Source: Alkalispirochaeta sp. (GTDB lineage Bacteria > Spirochaetota > Spirochaetia > DSM-27196 > Alkalispirochaetaceae). From it: a DNA stretch of 64,000 nucleotides. Of the stretch, positions 43,675 to 54,967 are shown in pieces. The stretch covers positions 64,001 to 128,000 of the forward strand of contig CBDESZ010000018.1 in assembly GCA_965242725.1 (NCBI GenBank). The letters are read 5' to 3'. Under the pieces are notes generated by a model. That model was not told the origin of the DNA and did not search any database. It saw only the letters and a program-made list of their open reading frames with translations. Made by a program: the position numbers and the translations under genes. Position 1 is the stretch's first letter. Each line of letters opens with the position of its first letter.

Positions 43675-44026
43675 TGATCGACGGAAAAATATTGAAGATG
43701 CACGGTCTATTGCGCGGTATCTGGAACAGCACGGCGGTGACGCGGTGGTGGCACTTGATATTTCGCAGCAGTCGTCCTTTGCCGATGCCTTTATTATCGC
43801 ATCGGCCGGGAGCGTCGGGCAGCTGCGCGGCCTCTATAGACGAACCCACGAAATCGTGGATGAACTCCTGCTGACGTCGCATCAGAGCCACAAACGGGAT
43901 GATGAAAGCGGCTGGTTGCTTGTCGATTGCGACAGTGTGGTCGTACACCTCATGCTCGACGAGATCCGGCAATTCTATGAACTGGAAAAACTCTGGTACG
44001 ATGGAGAGGTGATTTTTCCGGATTAG
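43649..44026 (+). CDS. rsfS: Ribosome silencing factor
   Basis: VVALDI, WLLVD, VVVHLM, RQFYELEKLW. Confidence 0.93.
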   Translation: MEQQSARDDDRRKNIEDARSIARYLEQHGGDAVVALDISQQSSFADAFIIASAGSVGQLRGLYRRTHEIVDELLLTSHQSHKRDDESGWLLVDCDSVVVHLMLDEIRQFYELEKLWYDGEVIFPD

Positions 44027-44048
44027 GCGCAGAGATTCGGCATTTTAT

Positions 44049-44076
44049 TTGACAGCTCTCATATGTCCCTTATAAT
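44049..44076 (+). promoter_or_regulatory. Sigma70 promoter for spoVG
   Basis: TTGACA-N16-TATAAT. Confidence 0.85.
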
Positions 44077-44110
44077 GACGGTAGAACACGGCCGCGCAGA
44101 GGAGCAACCG

Positions 44111-44419
44111 ATGGATATTACCGATATTCGCGTTCGCCGCGTCGGGGGTGACGGTAAGCTGAAAGCTTACGTAACGGTGACGCTTGACAACTGCTTTGTA
44201 GTTCACAACATTAAGGTGATCCACGGGCGGAACGGCACCTTTATAGCAATGCCCAGCCGGCGGACCAAGACGGGAGAGTACAAGGATGTGGCGCATCCGA
44301 TCAATTCGGACTTTCGTCGAATCCTTCAGGAACGCGTTCTCGCGGCGTACGAAGAAGCACAAAATGACCCCGATGCGCAGTCGGTTGACCCGGATGATGA
44401 GGATCATTCGGACTACTAA
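44111..44419 (+). CDS. spoVG: SpoVG family nucleic-acid-binding protein
   Basis: [34 protein letters not shown]. Confidence 0.96.
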   Translation: MDITDIRVRRVGGDGKLKAYVTVTLDNCFVVHNIKVIHGRNGTFIAMPSRRTKTGEYKDVAHPINSDFRRILQERVLAAYEEAQNDPDAQSVDPDDEDHSDY

Positions 44420-44445
44420 TCCCGGGCCACAGCGATAGGGAACTC

Positions 44446-44475
44446 TTGACGCCTCCCTTGGAAACGGAGTATGGT
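44446..44475 (+). promoter_or_regulatory. Sigma70-like promoter for tRNA-Gln/rplY
   Basis: TTGACG-N18-TATGGT upstream of the tRNA. Confidence 0.55.
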
Positions 44476-44496
44476 TGCGCCTCAAATAACAGGTCA

Positions 44497-44568
44497 TGGG
44501 GCGTAGCCAAGCGGTAAGGCACCGGGTTTTGATCCCGGCATGCGTAGGTTCGAATCCTGCCGCCCCAG
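44497..44568 (+). tRNA. tRNA-Gln (anticodon TTG)
   Basis: TGGGGCGTAGCCAAGCGGTAAGGC...TT-TTG-AT...GGTTCGAATCC...CGCCCCAG. Confidence 0.97.
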
Positions 44569-44594
44569 TACTTTTTGAGTTTAAGGAGACTCGC

Positions 44595-45233
44595 ATGGAA
44601 CAGAAAGTTCTTACCGGGGTGACTCGTACTACTAACGGCAAAGGAGCCGCTCGCGCGCTCCGCAGAGCGGGTCGTATTCCCGCGGTGGTATACGGTCACT
44701 CTGATCCGGTATCGGTATCGATTGAGGCTCGTGAGTTTCACAAGGAGTTTCACACGGTATCGGAAAGCACCCTCATTACCCTGAAACTGGAAAAAGACGA
44801 TAGAACGGTTCTTATCAAAGACTACTCGGAAGATATCACCAACGGCGATATACTCCATATCGACTTTTTCGAGATTGAACAGGGCAAGAAACTGCACACC
44901 CGTATCGCGGTGGAACTCATCGGTTCGCCCGTCGGTGTTCGCGAGGGTGGAATCCTTGAGCACACGCTCTACGAGGTTGATATCGAGTGTCTTCCAAAGG
45001 ATATACCCGAGCATCTCACCGTGGACGTGAGTCAGCTCAAACAGGGTGACTCAATTCACATCGCCGACATCTCCCTGCCCGAGGGAGTGGTGATTCTCAA
45101 CAACGCAGACCAGACTGTTGCCTCCGTAACGACGCCGCGTGCGGTGATCGAGGAAGAGGAAGAGGAAGAAGAGGCGGCGGCAGGTGAAGTCCCTGTTGTC
45201 GGTGAAGAAGAGGAAGAATCCGAAGAAGAGTGA
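44595..45233 (+). CDS. rplY: 50S ribosomal protein L25/Ctc
   Basis: GKGAARALRRAGRIPAVVYG, HIDF, acidic tail; AAGGAG RBS. Confidence 0.96.
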   Translation: MEQKVLTGVTRTTNGKGAARALRRAGRIPAVVYGHSDPVSVSIEAREFHKEFHTVSESTLITLKLEKDDRTVLIKDYSEDITNGDILHIDFFEIEQGKKLHTRIAVELIGSPVGVREGGILEHTLYEVDIECLPKDIPEHLTVDVSQLKQGDSIHIADISLPEGVVILNNADQTVASVTTPRAVIEEEEEEEEAAAGEVPVVGEEEEESEEE

Positions 45234-45844
45234 CACCGTCACTTTCGTATTTGCTGTTAGGCCTCGGGAATCCGGGGTCTCAATACGCGGGGACGCGGCA
45301 CAATGTGGGTTTCGAGGCGATCGACGCTATCGCGGAACGTACAACGTGCCGTCTCCGTAAACTATTCTTTCGCCCCCTGATTCTCGGTGCGTTTGGTGCC
45401 GATGCCGGCCCGTTCGCTTCGTCATTTGTCTGCGCCAAACCGCTGACCTATATGAACAAGAGCGGCGACGTACTGCCGTATCTCCTCAGAAAGTTCGATC
45501 TGCGTCCGTCGCGCATCTGTGTCATAACGGACAACATGGATCTTGCCCCCGGGGAAATCAGAATGAAACAGCGGGGAGGAACGTCCCGTCACAACGGTCT
45601 GCGTTCGATCACGGCCACGCTGGAAACGTCACATTTTTCCCGCATCTATATCGGAATCGGCCGGCCCGAGCGATCGGATGGTGTGGTTGAACACGTCCTG
45701 GGCCGCTTTTCACCGGAAGACGCCGAGCTGACACGTATGGCAATCGGGCGCCTGGCATCGGTTTTTCAGTCTCCGACGTTCACATCTCTGGAACAGCTGA
45801 TCACCCTCGTCAATGATCAGCGACGACCGGAACAAGATCTTTGA
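45230..45844 (+). CDS. pth: Peptidyl-tRNA hydrolase
   Basis: GLGNPG, TRHNVGF, KPLTYMNKSG, HNGLRSI. Confidence 0.95.
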   Translation: MTPSLSYLLLGLGNPGSQYAGTRHNVGFEAIDAIAERTTCRLRKLFFRPLILGAFGADAGPFASSFVCAKPLTYMNKSGDVLPYLLRKFDLRPSRICVITDNMDLAPGEIRMKQRGGTSRHNGLRSITATLETSHFSRIYIGIGRPERSDGVVEHVLGRFSPEDAELTRMAIGRLASVFQSPTFTSLEQLITLVNDQRRPEQDL

Positions 45845-45845
45845 A

Positions 45846-47210
45846 ATGAAGCGGCTTCCATCGCGACCGGAAGAACTTCCGACATTTGTGACGGCCACAA
45901 TCGACTCGCTGACGGGAGGAAAACGTCCTCCTGTCATTCTGGCGTGTTCAGGCGGTCGTGACAGCGTCGTTCTCGCCGATGCCGTCGTCCGCGGCGGGTA
46001 CCCGTCGGTTATACTCGGTCATATCAACCACGGTCTGCGACCGGACGACGAAACTCGTGCCGACCGCCGGGTGGTGACCGCGCTTGCCCGCAGGCTGGGC
46101 ATAGAGTGCGTTCTGCGGGAGGTGACGATCGGACTCCTCGACGCGACCGGGGACGGTGAGGGTGTAGAAGCGCGTGCCCGTTTTCACCGCTATCGTCTCC
46201 TTCACGCAATAGCTGAAGAGGCAGGGGACGGCGCGGTAATTGTCACCGCCCACCACAGGGGTGATCAGGCGGAAACGATCCTTATGCGTATTCTTTCCGG
46301 TCGGTCGCCGTTTTCCGCAGTTTCAATACCTGTTTGGAGAGCAGGCGTATCCGGAAGTACCGCGATACTCCGACCCCTTTTGAATATCCACCCGGAACTC
46401 ATCGCCGCCTATGCGGCAAAGCATAACCTCATCTGGCATGATGATTCCACGAACGAGGACAATCGTTACCTGCGGAACTACGTCAGGAATGCGCTCATTC
46501 CCCAGGTTGGGCACCGCTTTCCGGGTATCGCAGACTCCCTCGTTAACCTCGGGACGGACATCGAGGCGCTCAGAAATGCATTGACGGCACTGATACCCGC
46601 CGCGGCATGGGGAAGCTACGAGGGTGAAGATCGATGGAGCGTGCCGGTTTCCGAAGTATCGGAGTTACCCTTTGCGGCGATGGAACTCATATTCCGCAGC
46701 GCCGTCCACCGCGTTTCCGCGGACAACCGTCTGTCATTTGCGGCGGTACGTGATTTTCTTCACCGGTCCTTTGCGGAAGACGGTGCCGGACCCGGCGGCT
46801 CAACCGCCGTATCCGATATCGTTGTCTCGATTCAAGACGGCTCGATTGTCGTTCAACGTGCTGTTGTCCCGATCATTGAAAGTGGGTATCTTTTTGTGGT
46901 ACCGAAGGATGAACCGGTGGTTTTTGCCGGTATGACTGTGGAACTTGGTGATTCCCGTTCCGGCACTGTGAAAGATATCCACTGGGGGCCGGTTACACCG
47001 CCGGTCGTTGTAAGAAGCTCCCGCGCCGGTGACCGGCTCTATCGCAAGGCCAAGGAGACCGGAGGCAAGGGGAGCAGCGTAGTGGAAGACATCGCCGGTA
47101 CAGTCGGAGAGTTTTCCAATGATGGAAAAGATGTTGTCGGACCGGGACAAGAGCGGAATACCGACGACACGCCACGGGGACCGTATATTCGTGTACAATT
47201 CAACAGCTGA
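45846..47210 (+). CDS. tilS: tRNA(Ile)-lysidine synthetase
   Basis: SGGRDS, NHGLR, EARAR..RY, AHHRGDQAET, RPLL, DSTN, RNYVR. Confidence 0.93.
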   Translation: MKRLPSRPEELPTFVTATIDSLTGGKRPPVILACSGGRDSVVLADAVVRGGYPSVILGHINHGLRPDDETRADRRVVTALARRLGIECVLREVTIGLLDATGDGEGVEARARFHRYRLLHAIAEEAGDGAVIVTAHHRGDQAETILMRILSGRSPFSAVSIPVWRAGVSGSTAILRPLLNIHPELIAAYAAKHNLIWHDDSTNEDNRYLRNYVRNALIPQVGHRFPGIADSLVNLGTDIEALRNALTALIPAAAWGSYEGEDRWSVPVSEVSELPFAAMELIFRSAVHRVSADNRLSFAAVRDFLHRSFAEDGAGPGGSTAVSDIVVSIQDGSIVVQRAVVPIIESGYLFVVPKDEPVVFAGMTVELGDSRSGTVKDIHWGPVTPPVVVRSSRAGDRLYRKAKETGGKGSSVVEDIAGTVGEFSNDGKDVVGPGQERNTDDTPRGPYIRVQFNS

Positions 47211-47224
47211 GGTAGTAATAAGCT

Positions 47225-49141
47225 ATGCAGAATGGAAATGATTCCGGACCGGGAGGATCCGGAAATCAAAACAACGATAACAACAACTTCAATTTTAACT
47301 TCAGAAACAACAGATTCGCCCTCATTTTTCTGATCGCTCTGTTAGGCATGTTTGTGGTCATGCTCTTCTCAAATACCCAGACGACGGGACGGGAAATTGC
47401 ATACTCACAGTTTCTCGGATACCTCCGGGAAGGGCAGGTCGAGTCCGTTCAAATTATCGACCAGTACGAGATTCAGGGAACACTGCGCGGTGCCGGCGGG
47501 GAGACCCAGAGCTTTGTCACCAACATACCCTATTTCGACGACGAGCTGATTACGCTTCTCAGGGAACAGGGTGTCAGGTTCTCCGGCTCTCCGCGGCCGG
47601 TTTCACCATTCCAGGTGCTCCTTGAGTTTCTTCCGTGGATGATCGGATTCTTCTTCATCTGGTTCATGTTCCGCCAGGTTCAGGGGAGCGGCAACCGCGC
47701 CTTTTCCTTCGGGAAGAGCAAGGCAAAGCGCTATCTCGATGAAGGGGTGAAAATCACCTTTGACGATGTGGCGGGACAGAATGAAGCGAAGTACGAGCTC
47801 CAGGAGATCGTCGAATTTCTGAAGAATCCCCAGAAATTTACCCGCATCGGTGCCAAGATTCCCAAAGGCGTTCTCCTCGTCGGAATGCCGGGCACGGGTA
47901 AAACGCTGCTCGCAAAGGCGAGCGCCGGAGAAGCGGGAGTTTCCTTTTTCCATATGAGCGGGTCCGATTTTGTTGAAATGTTTGTCGGCGTCGGTGCCAG
48001 TCGCGTCCGGGATCTCTTTGAGCAGGGACGGAAGAACGCACCGTGTATCATCTTTATTGACGAGCTGGACGCCGTTGGACGTACCCGTGGTGCCGGGTAC
48101 GGTGGCGGACATGACGAGCGGGAACAGACACTCAACCAGATGCTGGTTGAAATGGACGGGTTTGACACGAAGGATGGGGTTATCGTCCTTGCGGCGACAA
48201 ACCGCCCCGACGTCCTTGATCCCGCCATACTCCGTCCGGGACGATTTGACCGCCAGGTGATGGTCGATATGCCCGATATGGTCGAGCGGGAAGCGATTCT
48301 TCGCGTTCACTGTAACAAGATAAAATTGCACCCCACGGTAAATCTCAACCGTATCGCCCGGGCAACTCCGGGTTCAAGCGGTGCAGATCTCGCCAATCTG
48401 GTGAATGAAGCGGCGCTTTATGCAGCGCGCAAGAACAAAGAGGTCGTCGAGGATGAGGATTTTGAAGAGGCCCGGGACAAGATCCTCATGGGAGTGGCCC
48501 GGAAATCGCGGATCATCAATGACGACGAAAAACTCAAGACTGCCCGTCATGAAGCGGGACACGCGCTGCTGCACTTCTATTTGAAGAACGCCGATCCCCT
48601 CCACAAAGTCACCGTCATACCCCGGGGACGTGCACTTGGGGTCGCTTTTTCACTGCCTGAACAGGACAGCTACAGTAAAGGTGTCGGATATCTGGAAGAC
48701 CGCATTAAGATCGCCTACGGCGGATATGTCGCGGAGCGGCTCTTCTATAACGAAACGACGACGGGTGTCCAGAATGACCTCAAACAGGCGACGGAAATGG
48801 CCCGCCGGATGGTCACGGAGTGGGGCATGAGTCGTCTGGGACCGCAGTCCTTCGGCCAGGAGGATGAGCCGATCTTTCTTGGAAAAGAGATTGCGACCCA
48901 CAAGGACTATTCGGAGTCCACGGCGCAGCAGATAGACGGCGAGGTGCGGCGCATCCTCGACGAGTGTTATAACGATGCGGAAAGAATTCTCACGGAACAT
49001 AAGGACCAGCTTGAAAAGCTGGCTCACGCCCTCGTGGAGAAAGAGACCCTTACGGACGGTGAAATCCGCGAGATGTTTGGATTCCCCGCCCGGCCACGGA
49101 CAAATGAAGGGGACGGTCGGGAGAGCGGTGAACTGGAGTAG
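47225..49141 (+). CDS. ftsH: ATP-dependent zinc metalloprotease FtsH (core copy)
   Basis: [26 protein letters not shown]; directly after tilS. Confidence 0.97.
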   Translation: MQNGNDSGPGGSGNQNNDNNNFNFNFRNNRFALIFLIALLGMFVVMLFSNTQTTGREIAYSQFLGYLREGQVESVQIIDQYEIQGTLRGAGGETQSFVTNIPYFDDELITLLREQGVRFSGSPRPVSPFQVLLEFLPWMIGFFFIWFMFRQVQGSGNRAFSFGKSKAKRYLDEGVKITFDDVAGQNEAKYELQEIVEFLKNPQKFTRIGAKIPKGVLLVGMPGTGKTLLAKASAGEAGVSFFHMSGSDFVEMFVGVGASRVRDLFEQGRKNAPCIIFIDELDAVGRTRGAGYGGGHDEREQTLNQMLVEMDGFDTKDGVIVLAATNRPDVLDPAILRPGRFDRQVMVDMPDMVEREAILRVHCNKIKLHPTVNLNRIARATPGSSGADLANLVNEAALYAARKNKEVVEDEDFEEARDKILMGVARKSRIINDDEKLKTARHEAGHALLHFYLKNADPLHKVTVIPRGRALGVAFSLPEQDSYSKGVGYLEDRIKIAYGGYVAERLFYNETTTGVQNDLKQATEMARRMVTEWGMSRLGPQSFGQEDEPIFLGKEIATHKDYSESTAQQIDGEVRRILDECYNDAERILTEHKDQLEKLAHALVEKETLTDGEIREMFGFPARPRTNEGDGRESGELE

Positions 49142-50579
49142 GAGATCCCGTATTACACCTCTCTTTCTCGTCGTACTCGCCATTGTCTGCACCCTTCCGG
49201 GAGGGGTTGCGGCTCAGGAGCAGGGTGTCGTCACCGGCGAAACGGGTGAAGAACTCTACCGGGATATCGCCGATGCCGTCGTCCGGCAGGTACTTCGTGA
49301 CGGCCTCGGTAACACCACCACGAGAGAATTGCTCCAGCGCGCTCGCCGTGTGGATCCGGAAAACGGCGACGCCCTCTATCTTTCAGCATCGCTTTTAACT
49401 GACCTGCAGTCCCGGCAGGTGGAACGGGAGGGCCTCCTGCGCGCAGCCCTCGCGGGAAGGTTGAACCGCATTTCCCGGCAACGTGTCGTAATCGCCCTTG
49501 GAGAGCTCCTGTACGGGCAGCGGCGGTACCGGGAAGTCCTTGACCTCTTCCATAATGAAGCCGCCTCAGGAACGATCGCGCTGCCCCTGCATGAAGGGGT
49601 GTTACCGGTACAGGAGGGGGATACGGGTATTCCCCAACTTGCAGATTCTTCCACGGCAACCGTCGGGGAGGCTGAAAAGCTCTACCTTGCGGCACGGCTG
49701 CACATTGGACCCTATTGGTATATGGGAGCGTACCTGCAGCGATTGCGTTCCCGTTTTCCCGATGATGCGGAGCTTGCCTACCTTGATTTTTCCCGGGAAG
49801 AGCGGGTTTCCCTGTCGGTTCTCGAATGGATGGACAACCGCCATCTCACCGGTCGATCGGTTCCTCCGGAGCTGCTGATTCATACAATACGTACCGCTCC
49901 TTCGGAATCCATTCGCAGAGATTTGGGAACGCTTTATGTTGAACAGGGCGGCTCAGATATTCTCGCCCGTCTTGCCGTCAATGACACGGAGAGAAATGCA
50001 TCACCGGAGGTGGAGTCGTCGGATAAACTCTACTGGGAGTATCTTCACCGTTGGTACGGGAACGACGCGTCGACACCCACGGGCGAAACGATGCAAGGGT
50101 ACCATACGCTCGTCCTTGATGAAGACCGCGACTCTTTCTGGGAGGAACGATACCATCTGAACGGTGACGCCCTGCACACCTGGGAGCGGGACGCCGATGA
50201 AAACGGCATCGTCGATGGACGGGTTGAATTTCACACGTCTCCGATGATTACCGTATATCTCGCGTCCGACAACCGGTCGGTGACTGAGATTCGCTACGCT
50301 CCCTATCCAATGGTCACCCGGGTATCGCAGATACACCTTGAGCCCTCCCGTTCGGTCACGGTATGGACACCCGCCCGCCCGCCGAGGGTGCCCGCCGGTC
50401 TGGAAGAGGAGTTGGGAAATGGGTGGAACCCCTACGTAGATCGACTGACTCTTGACCCAGGTATGCTCAATCGATTTGAACGTCAGCTCGCTTCCGATGA
50501 TGCCCGTACCGGTCGTCCCGAAGAATTTGATTTCTTCATGGACGCCCTGCGGCAGAAAAATTTGGTCGTCTTTCCATGA
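49128..50579 (+). CDS. Exported hypothetical protein
   Basis: Signal peptide ending VAA-QE, TPR-like helices, DxDxDG-like motifs; GTG start inferred. Confidence 0.6.
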   Translation: MNWSRRSRITPLFLVVLAIVCTLPGGVAAQEQGVVTGETGEELYRDIADAVVRQVLRDGLGNTTTRELLQRARRVDPENGDALYLSASLLTDLQSRQVEREGLLRAALAGRLNRISRQRVVIALGELLYGQRRYREVLDLFHNEAASGTIALPLHEGVLPVQEGDTGIPQLADSSTATVGEAEKLYLAARLHIGPYWYMGAYLQRLRSRFPDDAELAYLDFSREERVSLSVLEWMDNRHLTGRSVPPELLIHTIRTAPSESIRRDLGTLYVEQGGSDILARLAVNDTERNASPEVESSDKLYWEYLHRWYGNDASTPTGETMQGYHTLVLDEDRDSFWEERYHLNGDALHTWERDADENGIVDGRVEFHTSPMITVYLASDNRSVTEIRYAPYPMVTRVSQIHLEPSRSVTVWTPARPPRVPAGLEEELGNGWNPYVDRLTLDPGMLNRFERQLASDDARTGRPEEFDFFMDALRQKNLVVFP

Positions 50580-52417
50580 AATATTTTTCCCCCATGGTAT
50601 TCCTGTTTGTCCTTCTCACGGGGTGTGTGACGCCTCCCGAGGAGGTAAGTAAGGAACGATTTACCCGTACATCACTTCTCCTCGAAGCCATAGAAGAGGA
50701 CTTTACAGCCGGCGAGTGGGGGCCGTTTATCAATACTGTCCAATACGGATATGACCGACAACTCCTTACCGGTGAAGAACGGGCGGGATACCTTCGGCGA
50801 TATGTTGAAAAAATGTACGAAATGTATCGTGTCGCCATTGAGAACGGCGAGTACGGAACGGCGCTGGCGGCTCAGGGAAACATAACCTTTTTCTCTGAGC
50901 GTGCGGCGGCGGTCAATATGGAGTTACCTCCCGGCACGGTACGGAGTCGGGACGATCTGATTCTGGAGTGGGCGGAGCACCTGCGGGAAAATGGTGAGGA
51001 AGTTCTTGCGCTCTACCGTATCCTGAGGCGCAGTCACCTCGGTGACATACCGGAAGAGGTGCTCCTTCGCTACATTGATATAGCCCGCCGCTATAACCAC
51101 GACGAAGGGCTTTCACGCTTTATCCTCGCCGCGGAGCGGATGAACCTGACCGTACCGCCGGCGGAGAATGATCTTGCGTCCCCTGACGATGAGCCGGCGG
51201 TGATGCTTCCCGGTACGGTCACGGTGTGGGTCAACAAAGGTATTCGCATTCAGGAAGGAGTCGGTGTTCCGGACCGGGTCATCGGGAGCGGATTTTTTGT
51301 CGATCCCCGTGGCTTTATTTTAACCAACTACCACGTCATCGAGAGTGAAGTCGATCCGACCTATGAGGGCTTTTCCCGCCTTTTCATTAAGCTGCCCGGT
51401 CGACCCGATGAACGCGTGCCGGCCAGGGTTGTCGGATACGACAGGATTTTTGACCTCGCCCTGCTGAAGGTTGAGATCGATCCATCCTACGTCTTCTCCC
51501 TCAGCGATACCAGGGAACTGGAGCCGGGGGAACGGGTATTCGCCCTCGGTTCACCGGGCGGACTGGACAGCACAATCACATCGGGTATCGTTTCCGCTGC
51601 AGGGCGCCGATTTCTCCAGATGGGAGACGCCATACAGGTGGACGTGCCGATCAATCCGGGAAACAGCGGAGGTCCACTGGTCCTGCCGGAAGGACAGGTC
51701 GCAGGTGTCGTCTTTGCGGGACTGCAGCAGTTTGAAGGGATAAACTTTGCCATACCCTCCTACTGGATTCGACATTTCTTTCCCGAACTCTTTCGGGAAG
51801 GGGAAGTTGTCCATCCATGGCTTGGTATCAGTGTCCGGGAGACGTCGGAGGGACTCGAAGTCATCTATGTAAAACCCGACTCGCCGGCGGGCGATGCCGG
51901 TGTTTCCGCGGGCGATGTGCTCCTCCAGATATCAAATGATCCCGTGAAAAAGATCGCCCGTGCACAGGACCACATACTGGGAAATCGTGTCGGCTCAGTT
52001 GTCGACACACTCTGGAAAACCCCTCCCCAGGAAGGATCGGAGAACCAGGAGCGTCCATCACCGGAGGACGACGTGCGACGGTATATCGCACTTGGTCCGC
52101 GCCCGTTCAGTCCCGTGGAAGAAGCGTTGGAACGACAGCCTATCGAGTCCCTTTTTCCCGTCCTCTTTGGAATCACCGTTGAAGATGTCGGCGGCACACC
52201 CTGGGGACCGGACTATGTGATCACGGAAGTATATCCCGGCTCGATCGCCGATGAGTCAAGCCTTTCCGTCGATGATCCCTTTGCCTTGCGGAACTGGAAG
52301 ATCGATGAGGAATTACGGGCCGCTTTCATTCAAATCATCATAAAAAAGAAAAAAGCAGGTTTTATCGAATCGGGTGTCCAATTAGGTGCATATCTGGAAA
52401 CCGATTCATTTCTGTAG
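50576..52417 (+). CDS. Trypsin-like (S1C/HtrA-like) serine protease with PDZ, predicted lipoprotein
   Basis: LLTGC lipobox; TNYHV, DLALL, GNSGGP catalytic triad; WLG/SPA PDZ motifs. Confidence 0.92.
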   Translation: MKYFSPMVFLFVLLTGCVTPPEEVSKERFTRTSLLLEAIEEDFTAGEWGPFINTVQYGYDRQLLTGEERAGYLRRYVEKMYEMYRVAIENGEYGTALAAQGNITFFSERAAAVNMELPPGTVRSRDDLILEWAEHLRENGEEVLALYRILRRSHLGDIPEEVLLRYIDIARRYNHDEGLSRFILAAERMNLTVPPAENDLASPDDEPAVMLPGTVTVWVNKGIRIQEGVGVPDRVIGSGFFVDPRGFILTNYHVIESEVDPTYEGFSRLFIKLPGRPDERVPARVVGYDRIFDLALLKVEIDPSYVFSLSDTRELEPGERVFALGSPGGLDSTITSGIVSAAGRRFLQMGDAIQVDVPINPGNSGGPLVLPEGQVAGVVFAGLQQFEGINFAIPSYWIRHFFPELFREGEVVHPWLGISVRETSEGLEVIYVKPDSPAGDAGVSAGDVLLQISNDPVKKIARAQDHILGNRVGSVVDTLWKTPPQEGSENQERPSPEDDVRRYIALGPRPFSPVEEALERQPIESLFPVLFGITVEDVGGTPWGPDYVITEVYPGSIADESSLSVDDPFALRNWKIDEELRAAFIQIIIKKKKAGFIESGVQLGAYLETDSFL

Positions 52418-52479
52418 ACGAACCTGTGCGTTCGTCGGATTTTGTACTATAGTGTCCATAGATAAGGATATTGATTTCT

Positions 52480-52860
52480 ATGAGCACCAAGGTACATATC
52501 GTAACGATAGACGATGATCTCGCGCTGCCCCATGTCATTGGTATAGTGGATCAACTGAAAAAGAGTATAGATCGCTACAAGTCGACGGTCCTTCAGCTCG
52601 CGGGAGTCGAAGATATCGATCTGGCGGGCATACAGTTGCTCCATTCCTCCCGTCGATACGCGGAAGGCAAAAACAGGGAATTTCACCTCGTCGGAGACGT
52701 CAGTTCTCTCGTGGCTGAGCGGCTCGTAAAGTCAGGGTTTATTTCCGAAAGTACGAACGACGGTAAAGGGCTGGAACGACTGCTTTTTGACGGTCCGCAG
52801 TCGGACGGGTCCTCAACCGCGACGGTGGGGACGAATCCGGGAGATACAACCGATGCTTGA
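52480..52860 (+). CDS. STAS domain protein
   Basis: LAGVEDIDLAGIQLL; precedes cheA. Confidence 0.85.
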   Translation: MSTKVHIVTIDDDLALPHVIGIVDQLKKSIDRYKSTVLQLAGVEDIDLAGIQLLHSSRRYAEGKNREFHLVGDVSSLVAERLVKSGFISESTNDGKGLERLLFDGPQSDGSSTATVGTNPGDTTDA

Positions 52861-54967
52861 AGGGTTTCAGGAAAGTTTTCGGGAAGAAGCATATGAACTG
52901 CTTGAAACTCTCGAGCAGTCTCTCCTGCGCCTGGAGGATGAGCCCGACAATCGCGACGTCATATCCGCCGTATTCCGGGCGATGCATACGATCAAGGGAT
53001 CAGCGGCGATGTTCGGATTTCAGGACGTTTCGGACTTTGCCCACCACATAGAAAATGTTCTCGATGATGTCAGGAGCGGGAAGATCCCCGTCACGAAAAA
53101 CCTTGTGGATGTCACCCTAGCTTCCCGTGATCATATCAGGAATATGCTTGATGATCCGGAAGACGCGGAACTGCCCCAATCGGCACAGGAGTTGCTGCGC
53201 CGGCTGCGGGCCGTCGTTGCCCGGGGGACGTCTGAAGAGGGTGCCGACGACGCGAAAGAGGTTGGATTACCAGAGAAAAGCAGGACGGAGGAACGGAAAG
53301 TCCCCGCAGGAGAGTCCGTCCCCCGGGCGTGGCACATACGGTTTGTTCCCCACAACGACATACTGACCAATGGTACAAATCCCATTCTTCTCCTCCAGGA
53401 ATTGCATGAGCTGGGAGATTGCACGGTCGTTGCCGGTACCGACAATATCCCGGCCCTTGACCTTCTGGAGCCGACGAATTCCTACACCGCCTGGGACATT
53501 TTTCTCACAACGGATAAACCCGCCGAGGCAATCCGGGATGTCTTCATGTTTGTCGACGAACAATGTGAATTGAGTATCCGCCTCATAGATGAAATAGATC
53601 TGTCGGAAGAGCCTCGCCACCGGCTGCTGGGTCAGATCCTCGTTGATCGCGGAGTGGTGGAGGCGGAAATTGTGGAACGGGCGGTGGCGGAACAGAAACG
53701 CCTCGGAGAAGTTCTGATCCACAGCGGAATCGCGGCGTATGAAGTGAAGTCGGCCCTTCAGGAGCAGGAACACCTTCGCCGATCGAGGCAGAAAATTCAG
53801 AATGAAACGGCGTCGTCAACAATTCGCGTCGGTTCCGACAAACTGGACGACCTGGTCGACCTGGTCGGGGAGCTCGTAACATTGCAGGCGCGGTTGAATC
53901 AAGTGACATCTTCTTCAACGTCGGGAGAACTGGGAACGATCAGCGAAAACTTTGACCGGCTCATCGGCGAGTTGCGGGACCACACAATGAGTATACGCAT
54001 GGTCCCGATTGCAAACAGCTTTTCCCGTTTCCGTCGTCTCGTTCGCGATCTCTCCCAGGAACTGGGAAAACAGGTGGAACTGGTGACCCAGGGAGGAGAG
54101 ACGGAACTCGACAAGACAGTCATAGAGCGGCTCCATGATCCGCTGGTTCACGTCATTCGCAACAGTATTGACCACGGTCTTGAACGTCCGGATGCACGGA
54201 CTGCAGCGGGTAAACCGACGTCCGGCACGGTAACCCTGCAGGCACGGCACGTTGGTGCAAACGTTGAAGTACGGGTGACTGACGACGGGCGCGGTCTGGA
54301 CAGTGAAAAAATACGCCGTCGCGCCGTCGAACGGGGACTCGTTTCGAGCGAGGCAGCGCTCTCGGAAAGCGATATCTTTGACCTTGTCTTCGCCCCCGGA
54401 TTTTCAACTGCCGCGGAGGTGACGACCGTTTCGGGTCGCGGTGTCGGTATGGATGTCGTCCGCAAGGAGGTTGAAGGCATCGGCGGGTCCGTCCGGCTGG
54501 AATCGCGGCCGGGGAGCGGCACGGCGGTAATCATCACCATTCCATTGACCCTCGCCATTATCGACGGGCTTCTCGTCCGCGTTGAAACGGACCATTTCGT
54601 CATACCCCTTACCAACGTACAGGAGTGCATATCCTATCGTCGCGGGGCGAAAATGACGGGAACCGTAGCTAACCGCGGTGCGCTGCTGCCGATCGTCGAT
54701 CTGCGCGCGGAGTTTTCAATAGCGGGACAACCGCCCGGTAATGAACAGGCCGTCGTGGTGGACACGTCCATCGGACCGATCGGTATCGTGGTGGACACCG
54801 TCATCGGTGACCATCAGACGGTCATCAAGAATCTCGGTAAACTGTACAACGACATTCATGGCGTCAGCGGCGCCACGATTCTCGGTGATGGAGGGGTTGC
54901 GTTGATTCTCGATACCCACCGTCTCGCGGCGACGACGGGGATTTCCAGTGGCGGTAATCACACTTAG
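52853..54967 (+). CDS. cheA: Chemotaxis histidine kinase
   Basis: FRAMHTIKG, LVGELV, HVIRNSIDHG, DDGRG, SGRGVGMDVV, C-terminal CheW-like domain. Confidence 0.97.
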   Translation: MLEGFQESFREEAYELLETLEQSLLRLEDEPDNRDVISAVFRAMHTIKGSAAMFGFQDVSDFAHHIENVLDDVRSGKIPVTKNLVDVTLASRDHIRNMLDDPEDAELPQSAQELLRRLRAVVARGTSEEGADDAKEVGLPEKSRTEERKVPAGESVPRAWHIRFVPHNDILTNGTNPILLLQELHELGDCTVVAGTDNIPALDLLEPTNSYTAWDIFLTTDKPAEAIRDVFMFVDEQCELSIRLIDEIDLSEEPRHRLLGQILVDRGVVEAEIVERAVAEQKRLGEVLIHSGIAAYEVKSALQEQEHLRRSRQKIQNETASSTIRVGSDKLDDLVDLVGELVTLQARLNQVTSSSTSGELGTISENFDRLIGELRDHTMSIRMVPIANSFSRFRRLVRDLSQELGKQVELVTQGGETELDKTVIERLHDPLVHVIRNSIDHGLERPDARTAAGKPTSGTVTLQARHVGANVEVRVTDDGRGLDSEKIRRRAVERGLVSSEAALSESDIFDLVFAPGFSTAAEVTTVSGRGVGMDVVRKEVEGIGGSVRLESRPGSGTAVIITIPLTLAIIDGLLVRVETDHFVIPLTNVQECISYRRGAKMTGTVANRGALLPIVDLRAEFSIAGQPPGNEQAVVVDTSIGPIGIVVDTVIGDHQTVIKNLGKLYNDIHGVSGATILGDGGVALILDTHRLAATTGISSGGNHT

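Noticed and set aside
45149..45230. GAA/GAG-rich repeat
   Set aside because: It encodes the usual acidic tail of L25/Ctc.
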